Shown here one piece after another: positions 9,844-17,862 of a stretch of 64,000 nt of DNA (position 1 is the stretch's first letter; each line of letters opens with the position of its first letter). The notes beneath the pieces were generated by a model. That model was not told the DNA's origin. It worked only from the letters and a program-made list of their open reading frames with translations, and searched no databases. The stretch is from positions 217,006-281,005 of the forward strand of contig CAJXVS010000005.1 of NCBI GenBank assembly GCA_913061265.1, given 5' to 3'. The stretch is from an uncultured Halobacteriovorax sp. (GTDB lineage: Bacteria; Bdellovibrionota; Bacteriovoracia; Bacteriovoracales; Bacteriovoracaceae). Made by a program: the position numbers and the translations under genes.

Positions 9844-11955
9844 ATGAATAAGTTACTTCTAATAACGTCTCTCATCTTTAGTTTCTCGCTTTTAGCAGAG
9901 ACGACAGTTATCTACGGGAATATCCCTGGACGTTATTTAAATAAAGAAGACCTTGCGCCTAAGAAGAATTATAGGCTAGGCTATATTAAGATAGTTGACC
10001 GTGTCATCACGGAGATTGAACCGATTAAATCAAGCAGCGCTTATACAAAATCTAAAGCTGCCTTTGAAAAATCGGGAGCGACTGTTATTGTGGCCAAGTA
10101 TTCGTCACCAAATAAGTACAGTGCAAGCTCTTTTGACTTTCTCTACCCAGGTCTAATTGACCTGCATAATCATACAAAACAGAACAATATTGATGTTTGG
10201 GGATTAGCTGAAGGTCAGTTTGAAAACCGTTTTGAATGGCGTGGCTGGAGTAAGTACAAGTATTCAGTAAGTGGGAATATGAACCCATGGATCGGTTACG
10301 GAAAACCTATGAACTGCGCGGCTTTCAGATGGTCAGAGATGCAGGCCATGGTTTTAGGAACAACCTACCTTCAAGGACCTTCTGGTTGTGTCTCAGATTT
10401 CTCAGTTCACAGAGTTGAAGACAAAGCCTCTTATATCTCTAATAAAGATAAGGTTCAAGCCCCTACAGATCTTGTTCTCCCTGGAGATATGACCTTTGTT
10501 TGGGATGAGTTAAGACCAGGGATTGAAAAAGGAAGCACTTACGAAAAAGAGCTCGCAAAATACATCAATAAGCATTGTGATATAGCTGGCGTCTCTGCAA
10601 GTACTGTTAATACAACAGCGCTTAAGAAACTCTCCACAAAATCAACATTGATGGAGAACTGTGATCTTAAGAAAGTTCATAGAAAGTTCGTTCGCTATAC
10701 TTACTGGGTTCATAAGACAATTGCCGGACGCAAGAAGTATCTAGCAAAGCCTAATAGCGCAGCTGTCATTGCTCACTTAGCTGAAGGTAGAAGAAAAGAT
10801 GCCTACAATATGGTTGAGTACGAATTAGTAAAGCTCTTAGGTCTTGATCAAAAGCATGTGAACTTTGTTCATGGAGTTGGTATTGAGAAAAAGAATTTCC
10901 CAGATATGGCCAAGAAAGGAATGGGTCTTATTTGGTCACCTTATTCAAACCTTCTTCTTTACGGTGAAACTCTAGATATCTACTCAGCACGTAAAGCTGG
11001 AGTTGTTATGTCTTTAGGATCCGATTGGCTTCCAACGGGAACCAGAGGAATTCTTGAAGAGATTAAATTAGCAGCAAAGTATATTGATAAGGACCCTTAT
11101 GGGGACGGCCTACCAAAGCTTTTTAATGATGAAGACCTTTTTCTTATGCTAACTGAGAATCCAGCTAAGCTTATCAATCACTTTGATATTGATATCAAGA
11201 AAAAAGAGCATGGAGTTGGGCAGTTAAAGGTCGGTGCCATGGGTACAGTTATCGCCCTTAGGAAGTATGTCGAAGATCCTTATACAAATATTGTTAGAAA
11301 GGCTTTTTCAAAAGATTTAAATGCAGTGGTTATTGATGGGAAGTTTATCTACGGATCTGAAACCTATGCTAAAAGACTTGGCTTTAAATCTAACCAGTAT
11401 GAAAGATTCCCTGCTTACTATAAGTCTTTAAATAAGATGGCCGGTGCTGGCGAGGTTCCTGTTCTAGCTGAAAAAGGAAGCAATAAGAGCTCTAAGTACA
11501 ATCATATGGTAGAGATCGGAAAGATCATGGCCGCAAAGAACCCGGCCGTTACTGACAACTGTGATTTCAGAGGAAAGAAAGCTTTTATCCATCAAGATTC
11601 TCTTTCTAACTCATCTAATAGCGGGCTTAGTCAATTCAAAGAAGAAACTGGGCTTAACCTTGATCGCTTCTTAGACGTTCAAAAGGTTCTAGCGGTAGGA
11701 CTTCTTACTCAAAGTAGAAACTGGAACGATACTAGCAAGGGTAAGAAAGACTTTGCTATGGACACGTTCCCGCCACTTTTTAGCTGCCATACTGAGTCTT
11801 ATACAAATCGTTTAGCGAATTTTATTATCGCTAAAGAGCCTGATGATGAGTACTCAATCAACAGGGCTGAAGAGACCAGGGCCAAGCGTCGTAAAGAGGC
11901 CAAGCTCGGAGCCACTCCAAAGAAGATGGCCAAAGATTATAGTAGAAATAAGTAA
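9844..11955 (+). CDS. exported amidohydrolase-superfamily protein (COG0402-like: ATZ/TRZ and nucleobase-deaminase-like)
   Basis: Signal peptide. Metal-ligand motifs GLIDLHNH (HxH), HLAEG, VHGVG, SPYSNLLL and LGSDW, in the order expected for this family. Confidence 0.75.
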   Translation: MNKLLLITSLIFSFSLLAETTVIYGNIPGRYLNKEDLAPKKNYRLGYIKIVDRVITEIEPIKSSSAYTKSKAAFEKSGATVIVAKYSSPNKYSASSFDFLYPGLIDLHNHTKQNNIDVWGLAEGQFENRFEWRGWSKYKYSVSGNMNPWIGYGKPMNCAAFRWSEMQAMVLGTTYLQGPSGCVSDFSVHRVEDKASYISNKDKVQAPTDLVLPGDMTFVWDELRPGIEKGSTYEKELAKYINKHCDIAGVSASTVNTTALKKLSTKSTLMENCDLKKVHRKFVRYTYWVHKTIAGRKKYLAKPNSAAVIAHLAEGRRKDAYNMVEYELVKLLGLDQKHVNFVHGVGIEKKNFPDMAKKGMGLIWSPYSNLLLYGETLDIYSARKAGVVMSLGSDWLPTGTRGILEEIKLAAKYIDKDPYGDGLPKLFNDEDLFLMLTENPAKLINHFDIDIKKKEHGVGQLKVGAMGTVIALRKYVEDPYTNIVRKAFSKDLNAVVIDGKFIYGSETYAKRLGFKSNQYERFPAYYKSLNKMAGAGEVPVLAEKGSNKSSKYNHMVEIGKIMAAKNPAVTDNCDFRGKKAFIHQDSLSNSSNSGLSQFKEETGLNLDRFLDVQKVLAVGLLTQSRNWNDTSKGKKDFAMDTFPPLFSCHTESYTNRLANFIIAKEPDDEYSINRAEETRAKRRKEAKLGATPKKMAKDYSRNK

Positions 11956-11965
11956 GTAATTAAGA

Positions 11966-11991
11966 GGGGAGGCGAAAGCCTCCTTTTTTTT
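11966..11991 (+). terminator. Rho-independent terminator of the 6425-11955 operon
   Basis: GGAGGC-GAAA-GCCTCC hairpin followed by T8. Confidence 0.8.
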
Positions 11992-11994
11992 GGT

Positions 11995-12726
11995 CTATTT
12001 CTTAGGCTTACTAGAGACTTTCCTTCCATCTTTTTCATTAAGAACTTCTTCTAATTCAGCCAGGATAACTTTAAAGCCGGCAGGAATAGGAAGCTTCTTC
12101 TTATTGGCCCTTTTTGCTAAATGCTTAAAGAACTTAATCGGAAAAGTTTGTTGATAAAAATTAACCACCCAGTCAGGGATATTACCATTAGGCTCCCCAA
12201 AAAGTGTCCATTCTACATAGGTCTTTTTCTCGCCAGCAGGTCTTAGCCCAATATTTGAATAACCTATATTGGCCCTGACAGCTCTTCTTCCTGATTCCCA
12301 CCCTTTCTTACTAACAGACTTTGAGAGAACAAAGAGAAGCTTCTTTTTCTTATGAACCATTAATTTATTGTGAATAACATAGTCTCTATCATCAAGAGGC
12401 CAAGGCATATCAACTCTAGAATAAGTGATGGCCTCAAGGTCTCCGAGATCCTTAATCGTTACTTTCTCAAGTAGATCAGGCTGCCATTCTTTTGATAAGT
12501 TTACGTCCCTTAGAGTCGACATAATATCGATAATAGGAGCGTCTATATAACCTTCAACTTTAAAGCCAAGGACATTAGATCCCGGCATGGGACGGCTATA
12601 AACCTTAAAGCCTTTTTTCTCTTTAATGAACTCCCATTTTCCATCGTCATGAAGGCCTTCAAAATCGGCTGCATAAGTAGGGGCTTGAGTAAGAATAAAT
12701 AGACAAGTTATAAGACGTAAAAGCAT
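11995..12726 (-). CDS. exported START/lipid-binding-domain protein
   Basis: Signal peptide MLLRLITCLFILTQAPTYA. START-like signature KEWQPDL...DMPWPLDDRDYV. Confidence 0.55.
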   Translation of the reverse strand: MLLRLITCLFILTQAPTYAADFEGLHDDGKWEFIKEKKGFKVYSRPMPGSNVLGFKVEGYIDAPIIDIMSTLRDVNLSKEWQPDLLEKVTIKDLGDLEAITYSRVDMPWPLDDRDYVIHNKLMVHKKKKLLFVLSKSVSKKGWESGRRAVRANIGYSNIGLRPAGEKKTYVEWTLFGEPNGNIPDWVVNFYQQTFPIKFFKHLAKRANKKKLPIPAGFKVILAELEEVLNEKDGRKVSSKPKK

Positions 12727-13011
12727 AAGAGAATTATCGACAATAATAGTGAAAAACTACAGGGATTTCTTAGGAAAAACGGGAAAATTATCGTCCTTAG
12801 ACTATGGCTAGAATAGATGCTCTTAGAAGTGCCTAAAATCCCGAATAAAGTTGATACTCCCATCAAAACGGATATCCATATTAACTAAGACTAATAGGCT
12901 TAAAACCCCTCTCAGGGGCTTGAAAAAATAGGGGAGTTATTCCTTCGGTTTTATACTTGTATTTTCTACAAGAGAAATCATCTTAAACCATACTTATGCT
13001 AGTTATCCCTT

Positions 13012-13920
13012 ATGAAAAAAATCTACCTTATCTTTCTTATCTTAATAAATCCTGTTTTTGCAGAAGATATCAGCCTTACGGATTATGAAGTTATCTCTCA
13101 CGTAAAGAAATTAGAGAAAAAAAAGAGAAAATATACTGTTTCTAAAATCACTCAAGAATTGATAGAGCTAGGTGCCGAGACTATCAAATTTTCCATTGAT
13201 TTTTACGAGCCAACTAAGAAAGCCTTGAATGCCTTAGTCATCCTATCACCAACCATTAATGGCGAAGGGTTTGTAGAGAAATCTACCGCAAAGTTCTTAG
13301 TTAAAAATGGCTTTCATGTCATTGTCTCAGAATTTAGAAATTTAAATAATCTAAATCCCGTCTATGACTATTCAAAAGAAGATGAGGTTATCAGGGCCTA
13401 TGAAAAAGGCTTTTTTAGACCGATAGCTGGGGCACGGTTAACATTAGATTACCTCAAGAAAGACTATAATTTTGATAAGGTATTTGCAGTAGGGGGATCC
13501 CAGGGAGGAATTAGAAGCACAATCCTTCTAGGCTCTATTGCTGAGATCAGAGCAGCATGGGTCAACGTCGCTGGCGGCGACTTCCCGTCTCTTTATGCAT
13601 ATTCCGAGGTCAAGCAACTGGTCAAAGATCGCGCCGTTCATATGAAGGCGCTTAATCTAACTGATAAAAAAGATTATGAAGCTTATATGAGATCAAGGCT
13701 CAAGAATGATCCTATGAGCGCCTGTAAGAAAAGAAAGGCAGACCTAAGGATGCTTATTTCGTTAAACGACGATTCAGTTCCAACAAGTAATCAGTTGAAG
13801 CTGTGGAAGGCCTGCGGAAAACCAGAAAAACGTGAGATTAAAGGCGGTCATGTTGCGGGAGTTTTAAAACTCTTAACAGAAAAGAAAAAGATGCTAAGTT
13901 TCTTAAAGTCGTATTTATAG
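13012..13920 (+). CDS. secreted alpha/beta hydrolase
   Basis: Signal peptide. Nucleophile elbow GGSQGG (GxSxG). C-terminal GGH. Confidence 0.6.
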   Translation: MKKIYLIFLILINPVFAEDISLTDYEVISHVKKLEKKKRKYTVSKITQELIELGAETIKFSIDFYEPTKKALNALVILSPTINGEGFVEKSTAKFLVKNGFHVIVSEFRNLNNLNPVYDYSKEDEVIRAYEKGFFRPIAGARLTLDYLKKDYNFDKVFAVGGSQGGIRSTILLGSIAEIRAAWVNVAGGDFPSLYAYSEVKQLVKDRAVHMKALNLTDKKDYEAYMRSRLKNDPMSACKKRKADLRMLISLNDDSVPTSNQLKLWKACGKPEKREIKGGHVAGVLKLLTEKKKMLSFLKSYL

Positions 13921-13968
13921 AGATTCTTGGAAATACCTAGAATGAGAAGCTTTTCCCTAGGGCTTACC

Positions 13969-13999
13969 CCCCATAATTACCATTATATGGGGTAGGTTT
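13969..13999 (+). terminator. possible terminator hairpin
   Basis: CCCCATAAT...ATTATATGGGG imperfect hairpin followed by TAGGTTTT. Confidence 0.3.
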
Positions 14000-14278
14000 T
14001 GAGGTAGTGATTAGCCTCTTTTATCTCAAATAACCTTTAATTTAGATTTCCCACTTCGCCGCCACCTTCAACTCCAAAAAATCTCCACCAATAGAGACTC
14101 TCCCCTCATTAACAAGGTCAAAAAGATATCCGTTAACCGTCTATTTTTTAGACATATAAATTGTACCCATATTCGACGATAAAATCTTCTCTGTTAATTT
14201 TTCGAGGCACAATGAAGAGGAATAATAATATTAGATATACAGTCAATATTTAGACTGTATTGAACAAGGGTCTTGAGA

Positions 14279-14932
14279 ATGAAGAAGTTACTTTTTGGTT
14301 TTGTTATATCTTTTACAGCAATGTCTGCCAGCGCAACAGAATTCTCTTTTGAAAGATCTTATAATCTAAAGATGCCGATTAATTCACAAAGGATTGGCGC
14401 AATTGTGGAACTTAGAGACTACTTTGAAGTTAATCCAGAAATATCAGGTATTGCGAGCCAGATTAACAACCTTTCGTTCCAATACAAAGGTTTTAGTAAA
14501 GCTAATGTTAAATCAAAAATCTGCTTTCGAGTTGGTAAGTTAGACTTCTTTAAAGAAAGACTGGATAAAGCAAGTAAAAGAGTATTTTCAAGTAGTGTCC
14601 CCAGACTTCTCAATGAAGGGCAATCAAAGATTCGTGATCAATTCGACAAACTAAACGGTGAGTTTGGATACAAGCTAAAAGAATTGAAAAGCTTCTGTGA
14701 TGGAGACTTAAAACTCAACGATGAAGGAGTAAGAGCGGTTGCCAGTGGTTTATCTAGTCTCATTCATGATACAGCAAGTAATATTAATTGGGCCCTTGAT
14801 AAAGACAGTTTGCTTACCCCTCAAAATAGTGATTTATTTATAGAATACACAGGTGCTCTGAGAGATTACAAAAATGAAGATCAGGCCACAAAAGATGGAG
14901 AAAAGAAATGCTCCATTCGCGATATCTTCTAA
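14279..14932 (+). CDS. secreted hypothetical protein
   Basis: Leader MKKLLFGFVISFTAMSASA from ATG 14279 (the track start TTG 14273 is two codons upstream). Confidence 0.5.
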   Translation: MKKLLFGFVISFTAMSASATEFSFERSYNLKMPINSQRIGAIVELRDYFEVNPEISGIASQINNLSFQYKGFSKANVKSKICFRVGKLDFFKERLDKASKRVFSSSVPRLLNEGQSKIRDQFDKLNGEFGYKLKELKSFCDGDLKLNDEGVRAVASGLSSLIHDTASNINWALDKDSLLTPQNSDLFIEYTGALRDYKNEDQATKDGEKKCSIRDIF

Positions 14933-14953
14933 AGACTGGTTTATTAAATAAAG

Positions 14954-15322
14954 TTAACCATTACCATTTATGATTTCGTTAAGAGCAACTTCGAGGTTTC
15001 TCTTAGCGAGCTCCCTATCAATTTTTTTAAACTTAGAAAGCTCCTTGATGATGAGCTGCTTGTTCTTTGAGTAAAAGGGCGCCAACATCTCATAAGGATA
15101 ATAGGTTTTATCAAATTGATGATGGGCCACATAGACTTTTATAATTTTTGATAGAAGTTTCTTATCTTTAGATTTTTCAAGTTTAGCGATTGAAGACTCT
15201 AGGTCTTTATAAAGGGCCGGAAGGTGTGACTTCTTTAAAGGAAGATACTTCCCTAGCTCAGCAGCCGAAAGAGAGCTTATTAATATTAATGAAAGCAAGA
15301 AAAACTTAATCGACTTTGACAT
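14954..15322 (-). CDS. small secreted helical protein, translationally coupled to the upstream papain-like enzyme
   Basis: Signal peptide MSKSIKFFLLSLILISSLSA. Its ATG lies 17 nt inside the 3' end of the 15306..16754 gene. Confidence 0.55.
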   Translation of the reverse strand: MSKSIKFFLLSLILISSLSAAELGKYLPLKKSHLPALYKDLESSIAKLEKSKDKKLLSKIIKVYVAHHQFDKTYYPYEMLAPFYSKNKQLIIKELSKFKKIDRELAKRNLEVALNEIINGNG

Positions 15323-16754
15323 AGATACCTACCAGCTTACGTGTTTTCGCGCGGTATGCACTGGTCTTATCTGTTGGTTTGCCAGCTCTATAATCACTTA
15401 TATATTCACTTTGAGAGGCCTTTACTTCAACATGTCCATGCTTTCCACCTGAATAGACTAACACGGCGCCAACTGGAGCGTCTGCAGAACTTAGGTTTTT
15501 ATATTTATCTGTCTTTAAAAGATTCGTAAATCCAACTTCTTTTGTCTCAAAGAATTCCTTACCAGCATTCTTCGCACTTGCAGTTGGAGTATAAGGATAG
15601 GATTGTTTATGCTTTTCTAAATAACCATCAGCATAACTCCCCTTCATGAGGCCATGCTTAACATAACGCCAGCAAGCACCGCCAGGAACATTTCCTTTAC
15701 TTCCACGGCAACCACGAGCATTACAATTTCTTCTATAGATCTCTCGCATTCGATCGATCATTCTTTGAGTTCTTGGGTCGTTAGAATAGGCTAAGATTTT
15801 TTGCGTAAGAGGATCAATCTCAGGTCTTTCAACGGGCCTGATCGTATCTTCTTTAGGCTTTTCAACAATAATTGGTTTTGGCTTTGGCTCTATTATTGGC
15901 TCTGGAGTTACTTCGACTACCGGCTTAGGCTCTTCTTTTTCAATAAGCTTCTCAGTGACTTTGATAATATCATTATTTAATCTAGGAACGACTTTAGGTA
16001 AAGTGGCCTCTACTCGGGCTTTAGCACAGTCCTCAGCTTTCTTTGTTATCTTTTGTAGGTAAGCCTTTAGGCCTTCACAGTAATTAAGCTTATCCTTGTC
16101 ACAATAATTTAAGATCTCAGTTGCATGGCCTAAGAACTGCTCTAATTTTTTAGGATCTTTTGAAAGAACATCAATATAGTTATCAATATGCTTAGTCGCT
16201 TCTTTTACACACATAGCGGTTACATGCTTATAACTATCGATCTCGATGCAGATTCCTCTGTCAGGATTCTTTCCAAGCTTTGGGTCATGATCCTTTGGCA
16301 TTCCAAATAAAACTGGATTACAACGAAAGAGGTTCTTCCCTCCACAGTAACTAGCAGAATCATAGGTAGGTCCAAGCTCTTTAGCCTGGGGATCACTTGC
16401 GTGCTTCCATGGTTCGTTACACCAATTAGGTGTTTGATTAGTTAGCCATCCACCGAAGAAACATTTTCCATCAACACCTTTAGCAGCGTGGGCCTCATTT
16501 ATAAAAGGAAAGCTCGGGAAGTTGTAACTAGTCTTCTCAATTGATAACTGACTTGGGTACCTAGTTTTTTTCTCGATTTCAATTAAGGCCTGAGTTGTTC
16601 TTTTATAGATTTCTTTAAGTTCTTCTTTTGAATAATAACTTTTAAAGAATTGAAGTGGCTCTTCAATATCGGCTGCGCTCGTGCCAAAAGCACTACTTGT
16701 AAACAATACAAAGAATATGAAAGGAACCAGCCTTTTAGCGTTTAACATCTTCAT
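15306..16754 (-). CDS. secreted Cys-rich protein with Pro/Glu linker and C-terminal papain-like (CHAP / NlpC-P60-type) domain
   Basis: Signal peptide. Cys-rich N-terminal region. Linker EPKPVVEVTPEPIIEPKPKPIIVEKPKE. C-terminal GGACWRYVKHGL (Cys nucleophile context) and GAVLVYSGGKHGHVEVK (His). Confidence 0.55.
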   Translation of the reverse strand: MKMLNAKRLVPFIFFVLFTSSAFGTSAADIEEPLQFFKSYYSKEELKEIYKRTTQALIEIEKKTRYPSQLSIEKTSYNFPSFPFINEAHAAKGVDGKCFFGGWLTNQTPNWCNEPWKHASDPQAKELGPTYDSASYCGGKNLFRCNPVLFGMPKDHDPKLGKNPDRGICIEIDSYKHVTAMCVKEATKHIDNYIDVLSKDPKKLEQFLGHATEILNYCDKDKLNYCEGLKAYLQKITKKAEDCAKARVEATLPKVVPRLNNDIIKVTEKLIEKEEPKPVVEVTPEPIIEPKPKPIIVEKPKEDTIRPVERPEIDPLTQKILAYSNDPRTQRMIDRMREIYRRNCNARGCRGSKGNVPGGACWRYVKHGLMKGSYADGYLEKHKQSYPYTPTASAKNAGKEFFETKEVGFTNLLKTDKYKNLSSADAPVGAVLVYSGGKHGHVEVKASQSEYISDYRAGKPTDKTSAYRAKTRKLVGIYVKVD

Positions 16755-16826
16755 TCTCCCATTAGCTTAACGGAACAATGGAGCTGATACTTAAGTATTT
16801 TGGTCTAAAAAGCTGATTTTAGGTAC

Positions 16827-16913
16827 TTAAGCCTGATAGGCCGGTAAAAAAATCAAAGTAGACATGATAATAATAGATGCCGTTACGACAATACTGCTGA
16901 TAAATGTTTTCAT
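16827..16913 (-). CDS. candidate 28-aa hydrophobic micro-protein (not in the ORF track)
   Basis: GGGGGAAG SD 6 nt before the ATG. Product MKTFISSIVVTASIIIMSTLIFLPAYQA forms a single TM helix. Confidence 0.25.
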   Translation of the reverse strand: MKTFISSIVVTASIIIMSTLIFLPAYQA

Positions 16914-16988
16914 AATTTGCTTCCCCCGCACAGGAGGGTTTGTACCGATGAAGTCAGTTTATATCAACACTATGGTAATTCTTTTAGG

Positions 16989-17501
16989 TTAGTCGGCCTT
17001 ACTTTTAGGAAGCTTCTCAGCGATAAAGTCCCCTACCATAAGAAAGAAGCCAATCATGATCGCCACATCAGCGATATTAAAGACATTGGTCTGAAGATAG
17101 CGCTGATGAGAGATCCCCATCCAAAGCATATCTATAACCGCGTCAGCGTGGATCCTATCGATCATATTGCCAACACCGCCAGCGATGATAAAGCCAAAGG
17201 CCACTAGCTCTAAGGTCTTAAGCTGAGTTTTCTCTCTAAAAATATACCAAGAAAGCCCAAGGATAAAGAGGACGGGGATAACGATCAAAACGATCTTACG
17301 CCATGGCTCTGGCCAGTCAGATCCCATAGAGCCCCAAGCTCCCCTATTAGTGACATAAAGAAGCTTGAAATAACCACCAAGAAAGGACTTCTCTGGAAAG
17401 CCTTTAAGGTGAACAACGGCCAAGTACTTGGTCCATTGATCAATAGCGATCAGAAAAATGGCATTAGGGATGACGTATTTGGCGCGTTCTTTAAACTTCA
17501 T
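16989..17501 (-). CDS. lspA: lipoprotein signal peptidase II
   Basis: DQWTK, NRGAWGS, GGVGNMIDR and FNIADVAI motifs in a 170-aa four-helix membrane protein. Confidence 0.9.
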   Translation of the reverse strand: MKFKERAKYVIPNAIFLIAIDQWTKYLAVVHLKGFPEKSFLGGYFKLLYVTNRGAWGSMGSDWPEPWRKIVLIVIPVLFILGLSWYIFREKTQLKTLELVAFGFIIAGGVGNMIDRIHADAVIDMLWMGISHQRYLQTNVFNIADVAIMIGFFLMVGDFIAEKLPKSKAD

Positions 17502-17530
17502 AGAGCTACAGGATATCAGGGGCCACGAAT

Positions 17531-17707
17531 TTAGTGAATTTCTTTTTTCTCACTTGGCTCTTCAATGATCGAATTTATTTGATCAAGTAGCCCATACCCA
17601 AGACGGGCACCTTTTAGAGTCTCAGCGGAAATCTCGGTGATTCCTAGGTCCTCTATAAGCTTATTAAAGATCTGGTCTTCATTATTGATTTCAGTTGTTT
17701 TGTCCAT
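17531..17707 (-). CDS. candidate 58-aa acidic protein upstream of lspA (below the ORF-track cut-off)
   Basis: ATG preceded by AAGG. Product MDKTTEINNEDQIFNKLIEDLGITEISAETLKGARLGYGLLDQINSIIEEPSEKKEIH. Ends 29 nt before the lspA start. Confidence 0.35.
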   Translation of the reverse strand: MDKTTEINNEDQIFNKLIEDLGITEISAETLKGARLGYGLLDQINSIIEEPSEKKEIH

Positions 17708-17862
17708 AAACTGCCTTATAGCCCATTAATAGTGGCTTTATAAGCCTAGTTGATAATATCTTTATGAGCTCTAACTCACCGAAATGACGCAATATTAAAG
17801 CAATAACTATTTAACCGCGGCTTTCACTCAAGAATATAAAAGAACTAACCGATAATAGAAGT

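Noticed and set aside
12807-12830. CTAGAATAGAT, an 11-nt match to the 5' end of the 32108/33411 repeat.
   Set aside because: The match is too short and does not extend into the conserved GGACCCGCGTACC core. It is compatible with chance in AT-rich DNA.
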